A DNA stretch of 63,859 bases, counting the filler, from Bigelowiella natans CCMP2755 (Eukaryota; Protista; Cercozoa), in NCBI GenBank assembly GCA_000320545.1. It is 6 parts of 6 records of this genome, joined end to end, with 100 filler letters (N's around TTAATTAATTAA, not from the genome) between each part and the next. Parts side by side here need not be neighbours in the genome. Positions count along the whole stretch, not along the records: positions 37,390 to 57,335 come from ADNK01001986.1; positions 57,436 to 60,388 come from ADNK01002473.1; positions 60,489 to 62,367 come from ADNK01002876.1; 3 more parts are not named here. One strand, 5' to 3'. Below the pieces are notes generated by a model. That model was not told the origin of the DNA. It saw only the letters and a program-made list of their open reading frames with translations, and ran no database searches. The translations under genes and the position numbers were made by a program. Positions within the stretch are counted from its first letter, which is position 1, and every line of letters begins with the position of its first letter. This document shows positions 48,165-62,367 of the stretch, one piece after another.

Positions 48165-48914
48165 TTAATGTGGCAGTTATTTTGTATCAAACTCCTGATG
48201 AAGGGGGTGCAACGACATTCATTCATTCATTTATTCATTCATTCATACTGCCGCAGATAAGACAGTCGTCGTCACAACTGACCTCATCACTAATCATCTT
48301 CTTTTTCCTTCTTCCCCCCTCCCCCGCCCTCCCCCTTCTCTCTTTCTCTCTCTCTCTCTCTCTGCACGTGTGTTGTTCAATGGTTAGGCGGGCGATGACA
48401 AATTGCCGCCAGTTCCTCCTGTGCTTCGGTCTCAGGACATCTCCAACTACGATAAGGGCATGAGCGAAACACGCATCATCAAGACGCTCATCAAGTCCTA
48501 CTTCGACATCGTGCAGAAGATCATCAAAGATAGCGTGCCGAAGGTATGAAATGCAGCAGAACGAGGGAGCTTACAAGATACCATTGCGCCAGCATCAATT
48601 TCACGATCGTAGTAGTGAGATGGCAAGATTAGGAGACAGCAGTCAAAACAGCATAAAACCGTTGATTCGTTGGATTGTGGTGAGTTGATTGTACTTGTAT
48701 ACCTTGAATAATGATCAGGCTGTCATGCACTTCCTGGTGCAGGGGTGTCGGAATTCGATTCAGGGAGAGCTCGTCAAACACCTCTACAAATCGCAGTTCT
48801 TTGAAGGTTGTACGTGATAAATCAGCAGCAAGCATAGAACAACGACTCCTTCTTCACCACAGAAGATAACAGTGTACGCCTATCATTTATCCTCCCACAG
48901 AACACGTACAGTCC

Positions 48915-48955
<41 letters not shown>

Positions 48956-49318
48956 TTTCCGATGGAAATCGTTAGGTCTAATGGCTGAAGAGGAGGAGGC
49001 ACGCAAGGAGAGGGAAGATCTCGAGAGGATGATAGCTGTTCTTCAAAAATGCGTCAAGGTGCGTGCGTATGTCAAGAATAGCGTACAATGTCTAGCTACG
49101 CTTCCAAGACTAAAAAATTAATATGTTTTCGTTTTTGCCTTGCAGCGATAGGTAGGTAGTAATGATGACTCTGCAGTTGTATGTTGTATGATTATGATGA
49201 TGATGATGATGATGATGATGATAATATCGTTGCCATCGTTGTACTTGTTCTTACTTTTGAGAGCTAACTCATCCTCCTCGTGCAGATCCTAAAAGTAATC
49301 AAGGACCTTGGAATGTAA
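42787..49318 (+). CDS. Dynamin-related GTPase (DRP1/Dnm1/Vps1-like), about 20 exons
   Basis: MESLIP|[101 protein letters not shown]|AVMHFLV; TAA stop at 49316. Confidence 0.95.
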
Positions 49319-49429
49319 AGAGGAAGTGAAGGAGGCAGAGAAGATAGACATTTAGAGGGCAAGATTAGAGCAAGAAATTATTCAAATGCATGGTTTCCAT
49401 GAATTTTATCATCCATCTCATACATGAAC

Positions 49430-50570
49430 AATGCTATGAGCTTATATTTAGATGACATGCACAGTGCACATGTACCGCACAGATGCCCAAACGGCAACGA
49501 AACTAGCAGGTCGCTAGGCACATAGTTTCAATGTGAGCTGGCTAGCTGGATCGTTGGGCATTGCATGCAAAAAAGGATCATCATGTCGATCACGAACAAA
49601 TACAACCACAGTCGTTAGCATCTGGCAAGCTAGCTGGACATCTGACATGCAAAGGACTGTCTGATTGCAAAGGCATGCAACTATTGCATGCAGGTCTAGA
49701 GGTGCATCTAGACGTGGAGGGCGATGTGCGAGCACTAAGCACTTCCTGCTTGTAGCTGTTTTCTGTGTTGCATGCCCATTGCCTTCTTCATCGCATGGTG
49801 CATGCAGGTGCTCGCTCCAACAGTGTGCGTTGTCATGCGCGCACGCATGGATGTGCACGACTGCAATCACTTCCTGCAACGTTGCGCGACGTCGTTGTCG
49901 ACTGAAGACTGCATGGGATGATGCACGCGCGCGTCCCGGCCCGCGATCGAATTGCACTGCATGGCACCAGCTGGCCAATCTGGCGCTGTGGTGAGTTGGC
50001 TGCGATCGAGTGCCGACAATGAATCAATGAGTGAAGTGATTCCAATGGTGCAGCTGCAAGGGTCATCAGGACAAGAGGAGCACAAACTGCTCAGACTGAT
50101 CCACTCCCTCCCCAAGTGAGGAGACCATGTTGAGGAAAGTGTGAAGAGTTTGATTGATTCGGACTTCTGGACCTGCCGGCCAGAGACATGATTGTCCACA
50201 CGTCGTGGGAAGCAGCACAACCAATGGGAGAAAAAGAACGACGTAGCGCATCCATCCCAACTAGGAACTTCCTGAAAGAAAGAAAAAGAGAAACTGAAGG
50301 CTCTGTCAATGAGGCACTGTTGATCGCCCACACTTGCACACGGCGGGGTGTTTCGGGTCACTACTTTCCGATGATCGTTTGGCTGTGATGAACCATCGCG
50401 ACAAGGAAATTATGTCAGTCGCAGTGATGGACTGTCCTGCAATGCCAGTGGCAACAACAACAACAACAATGTACGGAGAGAGAAAGGGACGAGTCATCGG
50501 AGAATGGGGATCAGGGAGGCAGATACAAACAGGAAGCAATCATCACAGTGAATGAAGAACAGATGACTCG
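49430..50570. repeat. TpA-depleted degenerate repeat island between dynamin and the decarboxylase
   Basis: Very few TA, most of them in CTAG. Rich in TGCA/CATG, with many overlapping Cys/His-rich ORFs. Confidence 0.6.
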
Positions 50571-50641
50571 AGGACAATGCCAAACGAAAGAAGACTTTGT
50601 CGCTCTTTCTTCTCTGTAAGCTGTAGTAGACCTCTCCTTCG

Positions 50642-51959
50642 ATGAAGAACACGTACCGCCGGCGACAGGTCATGGGGCTCCTTCGATCTTTACTCGTCCT
50701 TCTGTTTCCTGCGCTCTGCTTTTCGGCGGTAAATGGACCCGGGCGAAGGGATGCGAGGCGCCTGCGTACTTTACGCCAACGGTGGTCGACTGCCTGGATG
50801 CGACGCGTTAGAGCGGTGGGGGAAGAGCATAGCAACCCACCACTCCATGGCCGCTTGTGTCAAAATTCCACGCCGTTGGTAGACGCGTTACGAGACGTTT
50901 CCAGCAATGTCAAGGCGCCATTTTTTGTTCCCGGTAAGCAAAACGTCGTTCTACACAGATTTTTCCTTGCACATGGCGTCTCAGTCGCAACATTCTATTT
51001 CGAAAAGGTCACAAGATGGGGAGGAGCGCACCGACACGGCTTTCAGAGTCATTCGGACGCAATATGCAGGATATCTTCCGATTTGATCTAACAGAAATCC
51101 CAGGACTCGACAACCTTGCCGACCCCGAGGTAGCTCGCATCATAAATCGCCTGTTCATCTCTATGACGACGATGGGTTGTGGTGCGGTGAAGAGAATGCT
51201 TTATTTCGTCAATTGAACAAGTGTAATGAATACGTTGGTGCTTTTTCGAATGGTTATTTCTTTTCTTAGGATGTCATCATGCTCAGCGAGAGATTGGCGG
51301 CTGAGGTACTAGCTAAATCCTAACAAAACTTAACACTCACTATATAATTGTACGTGTGTATGTGTGTGTGTGTGTGTACATTATAACGCAACGAGATGTT
51401 GACCTTCTCATATCATTTTAATACCTTATGCGCGAACCAATTAAAATCAAAGGCATTCGGTGCAAAGAAGACCTTTTTCCTAGTCAATGGAAGCACGTCA
51501 GGGGTACAGCAACTTGTGCACGGCCTAACCTACCCGTATGATTATAAAAGATATGACACACACACACACACACACATACATATGCACATACACATACACA
51601 CGCCAATATCTACAAATATCCGTGTCATGTTATATAATATATAATATAAAAACTTATAAACGCATAGATCATCGCATCTATTATGGCATGTGTGGCTCAG
51701 TTCCGACGGAAGAATCCTACCTTTAGGTTAGAAACATACGCCTAATCTACAAACATGAGTGTGGCTACGTGTCGGTGTTTTCCTAAATTTGATGCTGTGC
51801 GTGCATGTGCTAACTGAGCAAATGATCCATGTATTTTTATAACAAATTATTAGGGGAAATCCGAAAATAGTGCTGCCTCGCAGCGTGCACAAGTCGGCAA
51901 TACACGCTCTTGTAGTCTCAGGTAGAGATTAATTTCGAGAAGAAACCCTTGCGACATTG

Positions 51960-52011
<52 letters not shown>

Positions 52012-52242
52012 CGAGAATTAATATATGAATTAGTCTACTACGCACTACACTCGTTAATTGTGCAATTGTGCATGTGATTGCTGTGTGCAAGGGGCAGTGC
52101 CACTGTGGATTTGGCCTGACTACGACGAGGAGTTTCACATCGCATATCCGATCACGCCCAGTACCTTGGAAAGTGCCATGCAGGTAATGTTTAAAGTGGT
52201 AATTACTAGATCATTCTTATTTTAGTGTATATGTGTGTGTAT

Positions 52243-52285
<43 letters not shown>

Positions 52286-53192
52286 TGTGAGCCTAAATGT
52301 GTGCTAAGTATGTTGCTTGAAATTTATTATGGTCATTGGTGAAACTGAAGGAACATCAGGACATTGCTGGTGTGATCATAGTATCACCCTCGTACCACGG
52401 TATCTGATAATGATGATGCCACATTCTATGGATTTCATTGATGTATTTTATTGAAAAACATAATTTTTTCACGAGGTTATTCAAAATCTTTGAAATCATG
52501 AGTATCTCCGAATCATCGTCGTATGCGGTCCTGCCGCTTGAGTTGTGAGATGTTATTCTGAATACCAATTTATTTTCTCCAAAAAGGCGTCATCAGCGAC
52601 ATCGCAGGTGGTTTTTGTGCATGCGCAAGCGACAAATGCACACGTGATAAACACACCTGTCTGCGTTCCATGCAAGCAACACAACACGACACCTCGATTC
52701 GATATAGATATATTGATTTGGTAGGGATATCACGGGTGTGTGATGGCCTGGATGTTCCCTTGGTGGTGGATGAAGCGCATGGCGCCCACCTCAATGCTTT
52801 TCGAGCTAGAACTGGTCTTCAATTCAGCAGCAGCAGCAGCTGTAGCTGTGTGTGTGTGTGTGTGTGTGCGCGCTGAATCTTTAAGAAGGAACGTGGTTGT
52901 GTGCGTCTGCGCGTGTATATTTGTGGATTTGTGACTCTCTCTCGCTGTCTGTACATCCAAAGGCATATCAAGCGCGACGGTGTTAGGCGCTGATGCGGTA
53001 AGAAATGTCAGCTATTATCCTCTTATTTCTAGCTGTTTTGAATATATTGAAACGGTAGAGGTCTACTTCCCAATGTTAAGGTATTCGTCTGTACCATTAC
53101 TCTCAGGTGGTTCAGAGCACGCACAAATGCCTTTCCTCTCTCACGCAATCGGGTGCTATTTAGTGTAGTAGTATTATCATGTGCTTTTAATG

Positions 53193-53234
<42 letters not shown>

Positions 53235-53260
53235 TTTTCTCTCCCTCTCTCTCTATGTGC

Positions 53261-53298
<38 letters not shown>

Positions 53299-53632
53299 CT
53301 AATTGAGTATTGGCATGCAATCCTAGCAATGCTGCATGTCCCTCCGAATTCACGTCTGGATGTATCAGTTATCCAAGAGTCTCTCCCACTAGGTTCCCAA
53401 CAACACTTGACACTTATATCGTCTATATCGGCCTGACTACTACATTATTAATACTGCTACTACCGCTACTACTACTGCAACAACTATACTGTGTGTGCTA
53501 TAACAACAATACTAGTACAATCATCGTCGCCAAACTACTTGCTGATGGCCTCATTGGATGCAGCACGTTGGCAGGTGAGAGCGCCACGACTACAGTAAGA
53601 AATAGAATGTAAATACAGTAACTATATTTTAT

Positions 53633-53714
<82 letters not shown>

Positions 53715-54126
53715 CAATGCAGTTTTCCCAGCCGGAGATGGCCGGTTCCGATCTCCCTGAAATCTCTCAAGTCGCGCATGAAAAGCTCGCAGCAATTTCG
53801 GGATTGGAGGTGTTTGGTCATCCAGGGATTGGTAATGATCAACCAGGTAAAAGTTTTGCCGTCCAAAGTCAATCTTCAAGCCATGTTCGTAGTAGACGTT
53901 GTAGATCGCGCGACGTCTGAGAGCGATTCGCCCTGATTACAGGCAAAATAATACCTACGATAAACCCTGGAAATAGCGCTGATCCGATTCTAATCGATCC
54001 GACACGTATCACGATCTTGACGAGGAAGCTGGGCATATCCGGCTTTGAATTCGCTCAGAAACTCGAAGAAAATGTAGGTGGTTAGTGGTGAAAATTGGAA
54101 GCAAAGTCGTTGCCATCATCATCATC

Positions 54127-54158
<32 letters not shown>

Positions 54159-55236
54159 TGTCGTCGTCGTCGTCGTCGTCATCATCATATCTCTATCACA
54201 TACATACATACATAAAGGGTTATTTGGTAAAAATGGGTGGTAGCAGCCTCTATAAGATACACAACAATTGTCCCTATCATCTTCAAAGCACACTGTTGAA
54301 GGGCATGCTGATATTACGCACCAGAATGCAAAAGTTATGCCAAGTCGCATCATCCTGCAAGAACCAGCAGCGCACGATTTTAAGCAACTTCTATCATTCT
54401 GTGAATTGATTCATGCTCCTCTCGTTTTCATGTCGTTGTTGTCTTACTTTATACGTTTCTCACACCATCTCCATCCTCCTTCCGCAATCGATGCATACAT
54501 AGGGTGGTGTTTATTGTGAGCTAGCAAGCGAGAGGTAGTAGAGTGAGGATTCCTATCCCCCCCCCCCCAACTTGTCCATGCATATGGCCACATATTGCTG
54601 CAGATTACACTTCGCTTAAACTTCCTTCCGAACAAAATACGTTCGCAGACACGTGACGCTTGCTTTGAGTCTCGGAAATAATTTAGCTCATATCGAGACT
54701 CTCGTCAAAGAGGTAGCGCGACTGCTGCTGCATATGGACCTGCAACTCGTAGAGATGTGTGCAGAGAGTGACATGCACACACCGATTGAATTCTTATTAG
54801 ATTTGTGAAGGAGATATCTTACACCCATCGTGGTGGTCTCACCTCCCTCCATTTATCCGGAGTAGGCGTCCTCCATTGCCAAAGAGGCGCGAGTGAGAGC
54901 CAACAACTGTGATCGTACTACAGCAAAGGACCAAAACCGACTTCCTGAGCCTTCTAAGAGGGAGGTACTGTGCATATCAAGCCCCCCCACCCCCCCCCCC
55001 CTCCCCTATTCACTACGAAGTGAAGTAGATAGAAGAGTCGGTAATTAAGAAAGGTGACACACATTGAATAATAGGCTGCTTCGATTCCACCAATTACGCC
55101 TCGTGAGGCTTTTCTGATGCCTACGGAAACGCTTTCCGCTGCCGATGCCGCAGGTCTGCACGATGTTTCACTCTCACAATCCGTATGCATCGTAGATTAT
55201 GCAGTCAATGCGGCGAGACATCATACACGCTTACAG

Positions 55237-55272
<36 letters not shown>

Positions 55273-55578
55273 CCGAGTCATGCGCGTACCTCCCTCGCAC
55301 TCGTGAAGAAAGAGCTAGATGGCGAGAGCGATGGCGCGATGATGATAATGACGACATGCTCTCACACCGATGTCTGTACAGGACAATTGTGTGCGGAGAC
55401 GATCTGCCCATACCCACCTGGAATCCCCGTGATTGTCCCAGGGGAATTGATCACGCAGGACACCATTGAGCGCTTGCAACGATTACGAGATAAGGGTGCT
55501 AGTATCGTGGGCGCGAGGGACGCCACCCTTCAAACCTTTCAGGTCCTTGTTGCTAATCTGGAGCAGGATATGGCATGA
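50642..55578 (+). CDS. Bacterial-type PLP-dependent Orn/Lys/Arg decarboxylase with an N-terminal bipartite leader, multi-exon
   Basis: PFFVPG|HKMG, DLTEIPGLDNL, FLVNGSTSG, PRSVHKS, SPSYHG, LVVDEAHGAH, VQSTHK (PLP lysine), SSPNYLLMASLD, DPTRITI, PYPPGIPVIVPGE. Confidence 0.92.
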
Positions 55579-55641
55579 TTAACGATATCAGCACGCTATT
55601 TAGTCATCGTAGCTGAGAGGATTATTTGATCATATGTGCGA

Positions 55642-55721
55642 ATATGAGACGGATGCAATGAAATAATTATGTTTTTACAATAATCATAATGTAGCTATGC
55701 AGAGCAGCGGCTACAGCGCTT
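55642..55721 (+). repeat. Second copy of the repeat at 38996-39078
   Basis: Shares ATATGAGACGGATG.AATGAA...ATGTAGCT.TGCA..GCAGCGGCTACAGCGCT. Confidence 0.75.
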
Positions 55722-57335
55722 ATGTATATACATTATGCTAACATTGCCATTGTACGCACGACACTTCTCCATTTAGTAAGGCGCTTTTGTCTAGGCGCTG
55801 CAATGGCTATGTATGTAATTATAACGTGCAGTTAGATGCAGTACCTACTAAAAAAGATTACAAAGGCAGCATGTTGATATACTCACAATCATTGCATTGC
55901 ATGGACTCTTTGTGTTGTCATTGCTGTCAACCATACGAGCGCATGCGTGCACACATGTCATATCTACTCGATGTGTACAAGCGCGCGCACATCATGTATC
56001 CTCTGCGCATTTCTGGCCTCATCTAGCCATTTAAGTCCTACTTGCATGATGCCAGCGCCTCCACTGATCGATATCGCTAACTACTAATGGCCATGAAAGT
56101 ATGGATGCACACGCCTCGCATATGCTGCACGTACGCGCAGCGTGACAAAATACCCAAATACAGGCGACGAGGACACGACGCTCAATCGCTTCTTTTGGGA
56201 CATGTGTGTGTGTGTGTCATCAGCAAGATATGTATATTAAAGTCTGGACATTTCGATACATATATATACTACACTGCCTCTACATAGAGCAATAAGCTAC
56301 ACGATAATCGATTGGCTATTGTAACAATACTGGAATACTACTTGTTCCTTCGTTGAGTTGCGATCGGTCATTACAGAAGTCGCATACTAATAAATAAATG
56401 GCCTATACGATCGATACCTCCTGTGAAACTTTGCTTGGGAGTCAATAACAATAACGAGCATGAAGACCACCAATATGCCTCATTCTGACGTGTAGTAGGC
56501 CTTATTACTCATAGTTGTTCTGCTCTTTGAGCGCTTGTACTACATCTGTGTACACACACACACACACACAATATTTAAATCTGATTGTGCGTTGTTATTG
56601 AATGAAATAGGACTAAATGGAGTAATTCTCACGACTGAGACCCTCCCCTCCTCGCCCCTACCTTCTTCCTCGCACTCTATTCCGAGCTCCTTGTTTCTCT
56701 TGGCCACCCGGGCAGCTAAGATACTCTAATGGCATAGGTTAAAAAGAAAATCAGTAAAACATACGACTACACTTATTACGCTTAAAACGCTATCCGATCG
56801 ATCGCACGCGCAGTCAAAAGCAGCAGCAGCAGCCGCAGCAGCAGCCCACTGCTGCTGAAACGAATGACTACTAGAAACGATGACGCACCTTGTTGAGCTC
56901 CTCCATGTCGATATTGTTCACCGTGGCTGATGATGATCCCAGCTCCGTCCCTTTCTTTAGCCAGATGCGACCCAGATGGTGCAAGGCCTTGATTCAGGAA
57001 ACGATGGTGGCAGCGAGAGTATTAGATGGTGTGCAGCGACTGCGGCGGCGGCGGCGGCTGCTGCTGCTGCTGCTCATATCGGCGGATGATATCATCACAC
57101 TTGGTGGCAAACACACACATTCGCAGTGAAATGATACAGTGCCACTATCTGCCCAGATCTCGTACCTTAACACGAGAGAGTCGCTTCTGCTTTGAAGTAT
57201 TCGTGTCGCCCAAAACTATATGAATAGACAAGGAGAGGGGGTTATATCAGCTGACCGCGACAACGCACAGCAGCAACCAACAGCAATGCAGCAGTCCCAA
57301 AGAGCTAGACAGCCAACCCGTCGAGGCGTCGAATT

Positions 57336-57435
57336 NNNNNNNNNNNNNNNNNNNNNNNNNNNNNNNNNNNNNNNNNNNNTTAATTAATTAANNNNNNNNN
57401 NNNNNNNNNNNNNNNNNNNNNNNNNNNNNNNNNNN
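57336..57435. other. Assembly gap with TTAATTAATTAA linker
   Basis: N-run with linker. Confidence 0.98.
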
Positions 57436-57593
57436 AACAGGTGTGAGGTGTACACACACGTCCTCGGATAGAGTCACAAATGTAGAGCGCGTGGGGTGGA
57501 AGATTAGATTCGGGGGGGGGGGGAGGAAGAAGATGCACGTATGATAGTACTCACACATCAGCACTACTTTTACGAAGATATATTATGTGTATT

Positions 57594-57625
<32 letters not shown>

Positions 57626-57639
57626 CATCCTTCCTCAGG

Positions 57640-57778
57640 TCAATAGCATGATGTACGCCCCTCCGCAACAATCAGGGTAAGTATGGGTGATAGTAAGAAT
57701 AGTTCAAATAATAAGAAAAATTATAATAGGATCTTCCAGCAACGGTTCCCGCTTTTCTACCATCGAGCCTTCACTATG

Positions 57779-57817
<39 letters not shown>

Positions 57818-58365
57818 CACGCACACGTACAATCATAAGAGAGGTAGAGGACAAGCTACTCGACTTCCTCCGCCATTTCTTCCTCTACATCTTTCTCATC
57901 TTCGCCTTCGTTGTTTCTGGCTGGAGCTGACAACGTATGTCGCAACCTGTTGATTTGCCTTCATGTAACATGCATTGAAAGGTACATGTGGCCCGGGCAG
58001 CAGCAGCACCAGCCGCAGCAGCAAGTTCAGTACCAGTATCTGCAGCCGCAGGCCTACCCTACTGGACAACAACCGCAACAGCCAACCACCGTGCAGGTCC
58101 CCACTCAACAAGTCCAAAACCTGTCGTTAGGAGGAGGAGGAGGAGGAGGAGGGGGGGGGGGGGGGGGGGGACGGATGCACCCCCAGCTTATTTCTCGCCG
58201 GCACCGCCACCGGGCTAATGGCTATCACAAGACTGGAGATGCTGTCACGTATGCTTCGATCGCAAGGCTGCTCCTCATGTTGAACGGCAACGACGCTCTC
58301 ACCGCGCACAGCAGGCCTGCGGTCAGCTGCCATGGGGCTTTGCAGAGAGAAGCGCCCGTGCGTAG
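57640..58365 (+). CDS. Gln/Pro/Tyr-rich small protein exons (partial)
   Basis: MMYAPPQQS followed by a GTAAGT donor; YMWPGQQQHQPQQQVQYQYLQPQAYP exon. Confidence 0.35.
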
Positions 58366-59124
58366 TGAGTTTTCATCTCAGAATTTTCATGCATGCAATC
58401 TGCAATGACGTCTGTCATTTTTGTTAGCGTCATTTGTGTACATGCTGGCATGCACAGTACACATGCTAGATTCTTGCTACACATGCGTGTGCGCAACATG
58501 TTTTCCTGGCTGGCCAGTGGTGGATGAATCTTTATTAGCGTGACTCAACTCATCAGCGGCAAGATGGAAAAGTGCACCTGGATAGTCATTGCATCCTCTC
58601 TAGATCTCTAGATCTGCTTAAATATAGAGACAACAGTGCTAGACTACTATCTACTCTCTAGCTATGTAGGCTAGGCGAAGTATGTACGTAGGTGCGTTCC
58701 ATCAGTCATCAACTGACTGCTTATTGGATGTGCGTAGCCAGGCAGACGCCGTGACTATAGCTTGTGCATCTGCTAGTGCATACTCGCGTTGCACGACAAC
58801 GAGGCTAGCTAGCTAGGAGGGCGTGTCGTAAATGGTTGGCCATCGACAAGAACGTCTTATTTGGAATGGTCAATAACAACTTGCAGCATGAAATTTAAGG
58901 ACAAGATGCGCACCGCAAAGCTTCCAGTCAGTTGCATCGATTGCACGCACCAATGCACATAGAGCACAGACTGTAGATTGTTGTTTTTTAGCGGGACTTC
59001 TAAATTTACACATACAATGCACACCGGGATAATGGAAAGAGACGCATCAGTGGCACCGCATGAGCAGCATCCAGAAGTGCGTTTGCTGTTGGCGCTTAGG
59101 CTACCGTTTCCAAGCCGCCTTCAT

Positions 59125-59653
59125 CTATCGAAGACCAAACTCATTCGAAGCCATCGTTAATGCTTGCTTCAGCTTTTCTTGCAGTTCCTGAATAAGGCCA
59201 AATAGAAAATATTAAAGCAGGCAAATAACATAAGCGTATTTACTCTCTCTCTCTCTCCCTCTCTCTCTCTACCCCCTTCTTCACAAAAATATCACAGCAG
59301 AACCAGGCTTTGGGGAGAGGAGGGCAAACGACAGCTGCTGCGCGTAATACGACCTCTTTCGATTCGTAGGGCGGAAGGGACAAGGTGTTGAAGCACGTGT
59401 GAGACGTGGGTAGATGCATCTTATTCACAGAGGTGTTCAGATCGACCTAGGATACGCACCACACACACACACACACATCCAAAATATATAACCTTCACTG
59501 TCGCCCACACACAAAATGGCGCGTGGTGTTTGCAAGAGCCATCAATGCCCCCCCCCCCCCACCCGCAGCGAATCTGTTTCACATCCCCTGCTCTTACTTG
59601 GTCGATTGGTAAGGACATGCCGCAGGACAATTAAAGATATAAGCGCGCCGCTA

Positions 59654-59686
<33 letters not shown>

Positions 59687-60117
59687 CCCTTACCTTGAAT
59701 GTAGGCTTGAGGTCTCGGAACCCTCCCGGCGGGAGACGTGTTATCCCCGTTGTAAACTGAAGCACCCGCGCGCGGTCGACCTCCGACATCTCGTCGAGGC
59801 ACTTCCAAAACCAGTTGTAGAGGTCTTTATGATGCTTCGCCGCCGTTCCAGAGCTGTACTCCTTCCAGTCGTCGAGGTCAATCTTGGGGTCGCCGCAGAT
59901 GATGAGGCTGAGGTCGGTCTCATCGAAGCCGGCCTTCTGCAGCAGCTCGAGGGGGACGATCTCGTGGAAGCCCTGGGCGCGTTGCGGAGTGAGTGCGAAT
60001 GTGCATTGCGTTGGACACGGGATGTGTGTAGTAGGTGTGGATGGCTTCTTTCTCTTCTTCTTCTTGTTGTCATTGTTTTTGTTGGTGGTGTGCTTTACTA
60101 GTTACAAAATAAATTTT

Positions 60118-60168
<51 letters not shown>

Positions 60169-60293
60169 CGAGGAGCACTCACCTGCAGGAACTGGTGGAG
60201 CTGCTTTCTGACCTGACCGCACAGGTAGTTTTCCGAGAGAAGCGTGACGTATTCCTGCTTGTTCTGCTCGTTGACGACCATGGTGCTCCCCCC
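59125..60293 (-). CDS. HECT-domain E3 ubiquitin ligase, C-terminal exons (5' part lost at the gap)
   Basis: VNEQNKQEYV, GFHEIVP, IDLDDWK, WFWKCL, LQFTTG.TRLPPGGF, LPTSHTCFNTLSLPPYES (catalytic Cys), LQEKLKQAL...FGLR*. Confidence 0.93.
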
Positions 60294-60328
60294 TGAGTGA
60301 GGTCGGTGGAGAAGGAAAGATAGAACGA

Positions 60329-60375
<47 letters not shown>

Positions 60376-60388
60376 AGGGGGGGGGGTT

Positions 60389-60488
60389 NNNNNNNNNNNN
60401 NNNNNNNNNNNNNNNNNNNNNNNNNNNNNNNNTTAATTAATTAANNNNNNNNNNNNNNNNNNNNNNNNNNNNNNNNNNNNNNNNNNNN
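60389..60488. other. Assembly gap with TTAATTAATTAA linker
   Basis: N-run with linker. Confidence 0.98.
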
Positions 60489-60589
60489 GTTTACTCAATT
60501 AATGAATCTTTGTCATCGTCGCTACTGTGTGCGTATGGACGATATAGGCGATTTTGGCGGACGTCATCATTGTTTTCGGGCTGGTAATC

Positions 60590-60639
<50 letters not shown>

Positions 60640-60701
60640 TGTAACATATGCGTGCCAAATCGTTACCATCGACGGCATCATCATCGTATTCATAAATAAC
60701 G

Positions 60702-60753
<52 letters not shown>

Positions 60754-60929
60754 GTATATACGGATGATTCCGAGAGGCTGTCATCTGTCTGGTGTCGCTG
60801 ACACACCCCCCCTCCCCCACATATATATAGATATCTATATATATATATATATATATATCTATAAGGAACACTCCGCGCGCGGGGTTGTTATTGACAGGGC
60901 TGGGCAAAAATATATAAATATATCACATA

Positions 60930-60974
<45 letters not shown>

Positions 60975-61120
60975 TACATATACACGGCCGTTGTGAAGGG
61001 ATATGAGTATGGAATATCAGCGTTTTTCCTTTCACGTTTTTCGCACGTCTCGACGACGGTGCTGATGATTGCAATTGCGGCGGCGATTGCTTCTCATTCC
61101 GTGCTTTGGCAATCACGTAG

Positions 61121-61403
61121 GTCCACGAGAGCGTGAGCGCCGCGAAATGGGCCGGGCTGCCGCTGTTCTTCGGAATTGCTGTGTTTGCGTTTGAAGGCAT
61201 CAACATGATTCTCCCTGTGGAGCAGGTACTAGTGCTGCTTTGGTGGTGTGTGGTTATGGCTGCTGCTGATGGTGATGATGATGACGAGGAGGAGGAGGAT
61301 GATAGATTTAGATGGTTAAGTGAGTTGATGATGTGTCTCTCTCTCTCTCTCTCCCTCCCTCCCTCTCTCCCTCTCTCTCCCCCTCCCCACCTCCTCTGCG
61401 CAT

Positions 61404-61443
<40 letters not shown>

Positions 61444-61840
61444 GGCGAGGCGAAAATATGCCCTAAATGTAGTCTAAATAAATGAACATCAGAGTCATCT
61501 ATATTTCGCATGCATTGCGTTATTACCAACGCACGCCTCTTGTACCAATGGCTCGTAACGTGTCTTGATGACGATCTTTGCCTTCATGCGATTAGTCGAT
61601 GAAGGAGCCTGAGAAGTTCCCTGGAGTGCTGAGGCAAGTGGTGCTGCATTTGACGATTGTCATGGTTCTTATAGGTGAGGAATGATGACGATTCAGTGAC
61701 GATGATCATATCTCGTTGATTCACTGCATCTTTATTATAAACGCCCTCCCTCCGTTCCCCCCCCCCCCTTGTTGTATGCACATAGGAGCGTTGAGCTACT
61801 CCGCATATGGATCTGGCACGCAGAACCCTATTCTTTTCAG
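61121..61840 (+). CDS. Amino-acid/auxin permease (AAAP/SLC36-like) transporter, internal exons
   Basis: LPLFFGIAVFAFEGINMILPVEQ|SMKEPEKF..VL and GALSYSAYG. Confidence 0.85.
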
Positions 61841-62016
61841 GTGGGAAGGAGGAGGAGAGGGGGGAGGGGGAGGGGCATAATAAGGGAACACAATCGAAGA
61901 AAATATAGAAAATAAATCAATTTCGAGTATTGTTTTGCTATTGTGGATCTTGGTTTTTGTTGTTGTTGATGATAATGATGATGCTGGTGTTGTTGTTGTA
62001 TGTGCTGATAGAGGTT

Positions 62017-62071
<55 letters not shown>

Positions 62072-62103
62072 TGTGTGTGTGTGTATCTGTGTAAACACAA
62101 ACA

Positions 62104-62138
<35 letters not shown>

Positions 62139-62151
62139 AAAAAAAAAATAT

Positions 62152-62188
<37 letters not shown>

Positions 62189-62367
62189 ATTTTTGTCTCT
62201 CTCTTCCCCCCCCCCCCCCCCCCCTCTCTCCTTCTCTTTCTCTGTGGAAGAAAGGGGGTGTGGGGGAGAGAGAGAGATGGGGTGTGTACGACCACATAGA
62301 TATGAATACGCGAGGAGGGGAGGGGGTGGGAGAGAGAGAGAGATTTATAAATATAGAGGGGTATAGT

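Noticed and set aside
60491-62299. ORFs made of YIYI, HTHT, CVCV, ERER or poly-K/F
   Set aside because: They are translations of intronic microsatellites and homopolymers, here and throughout the window.
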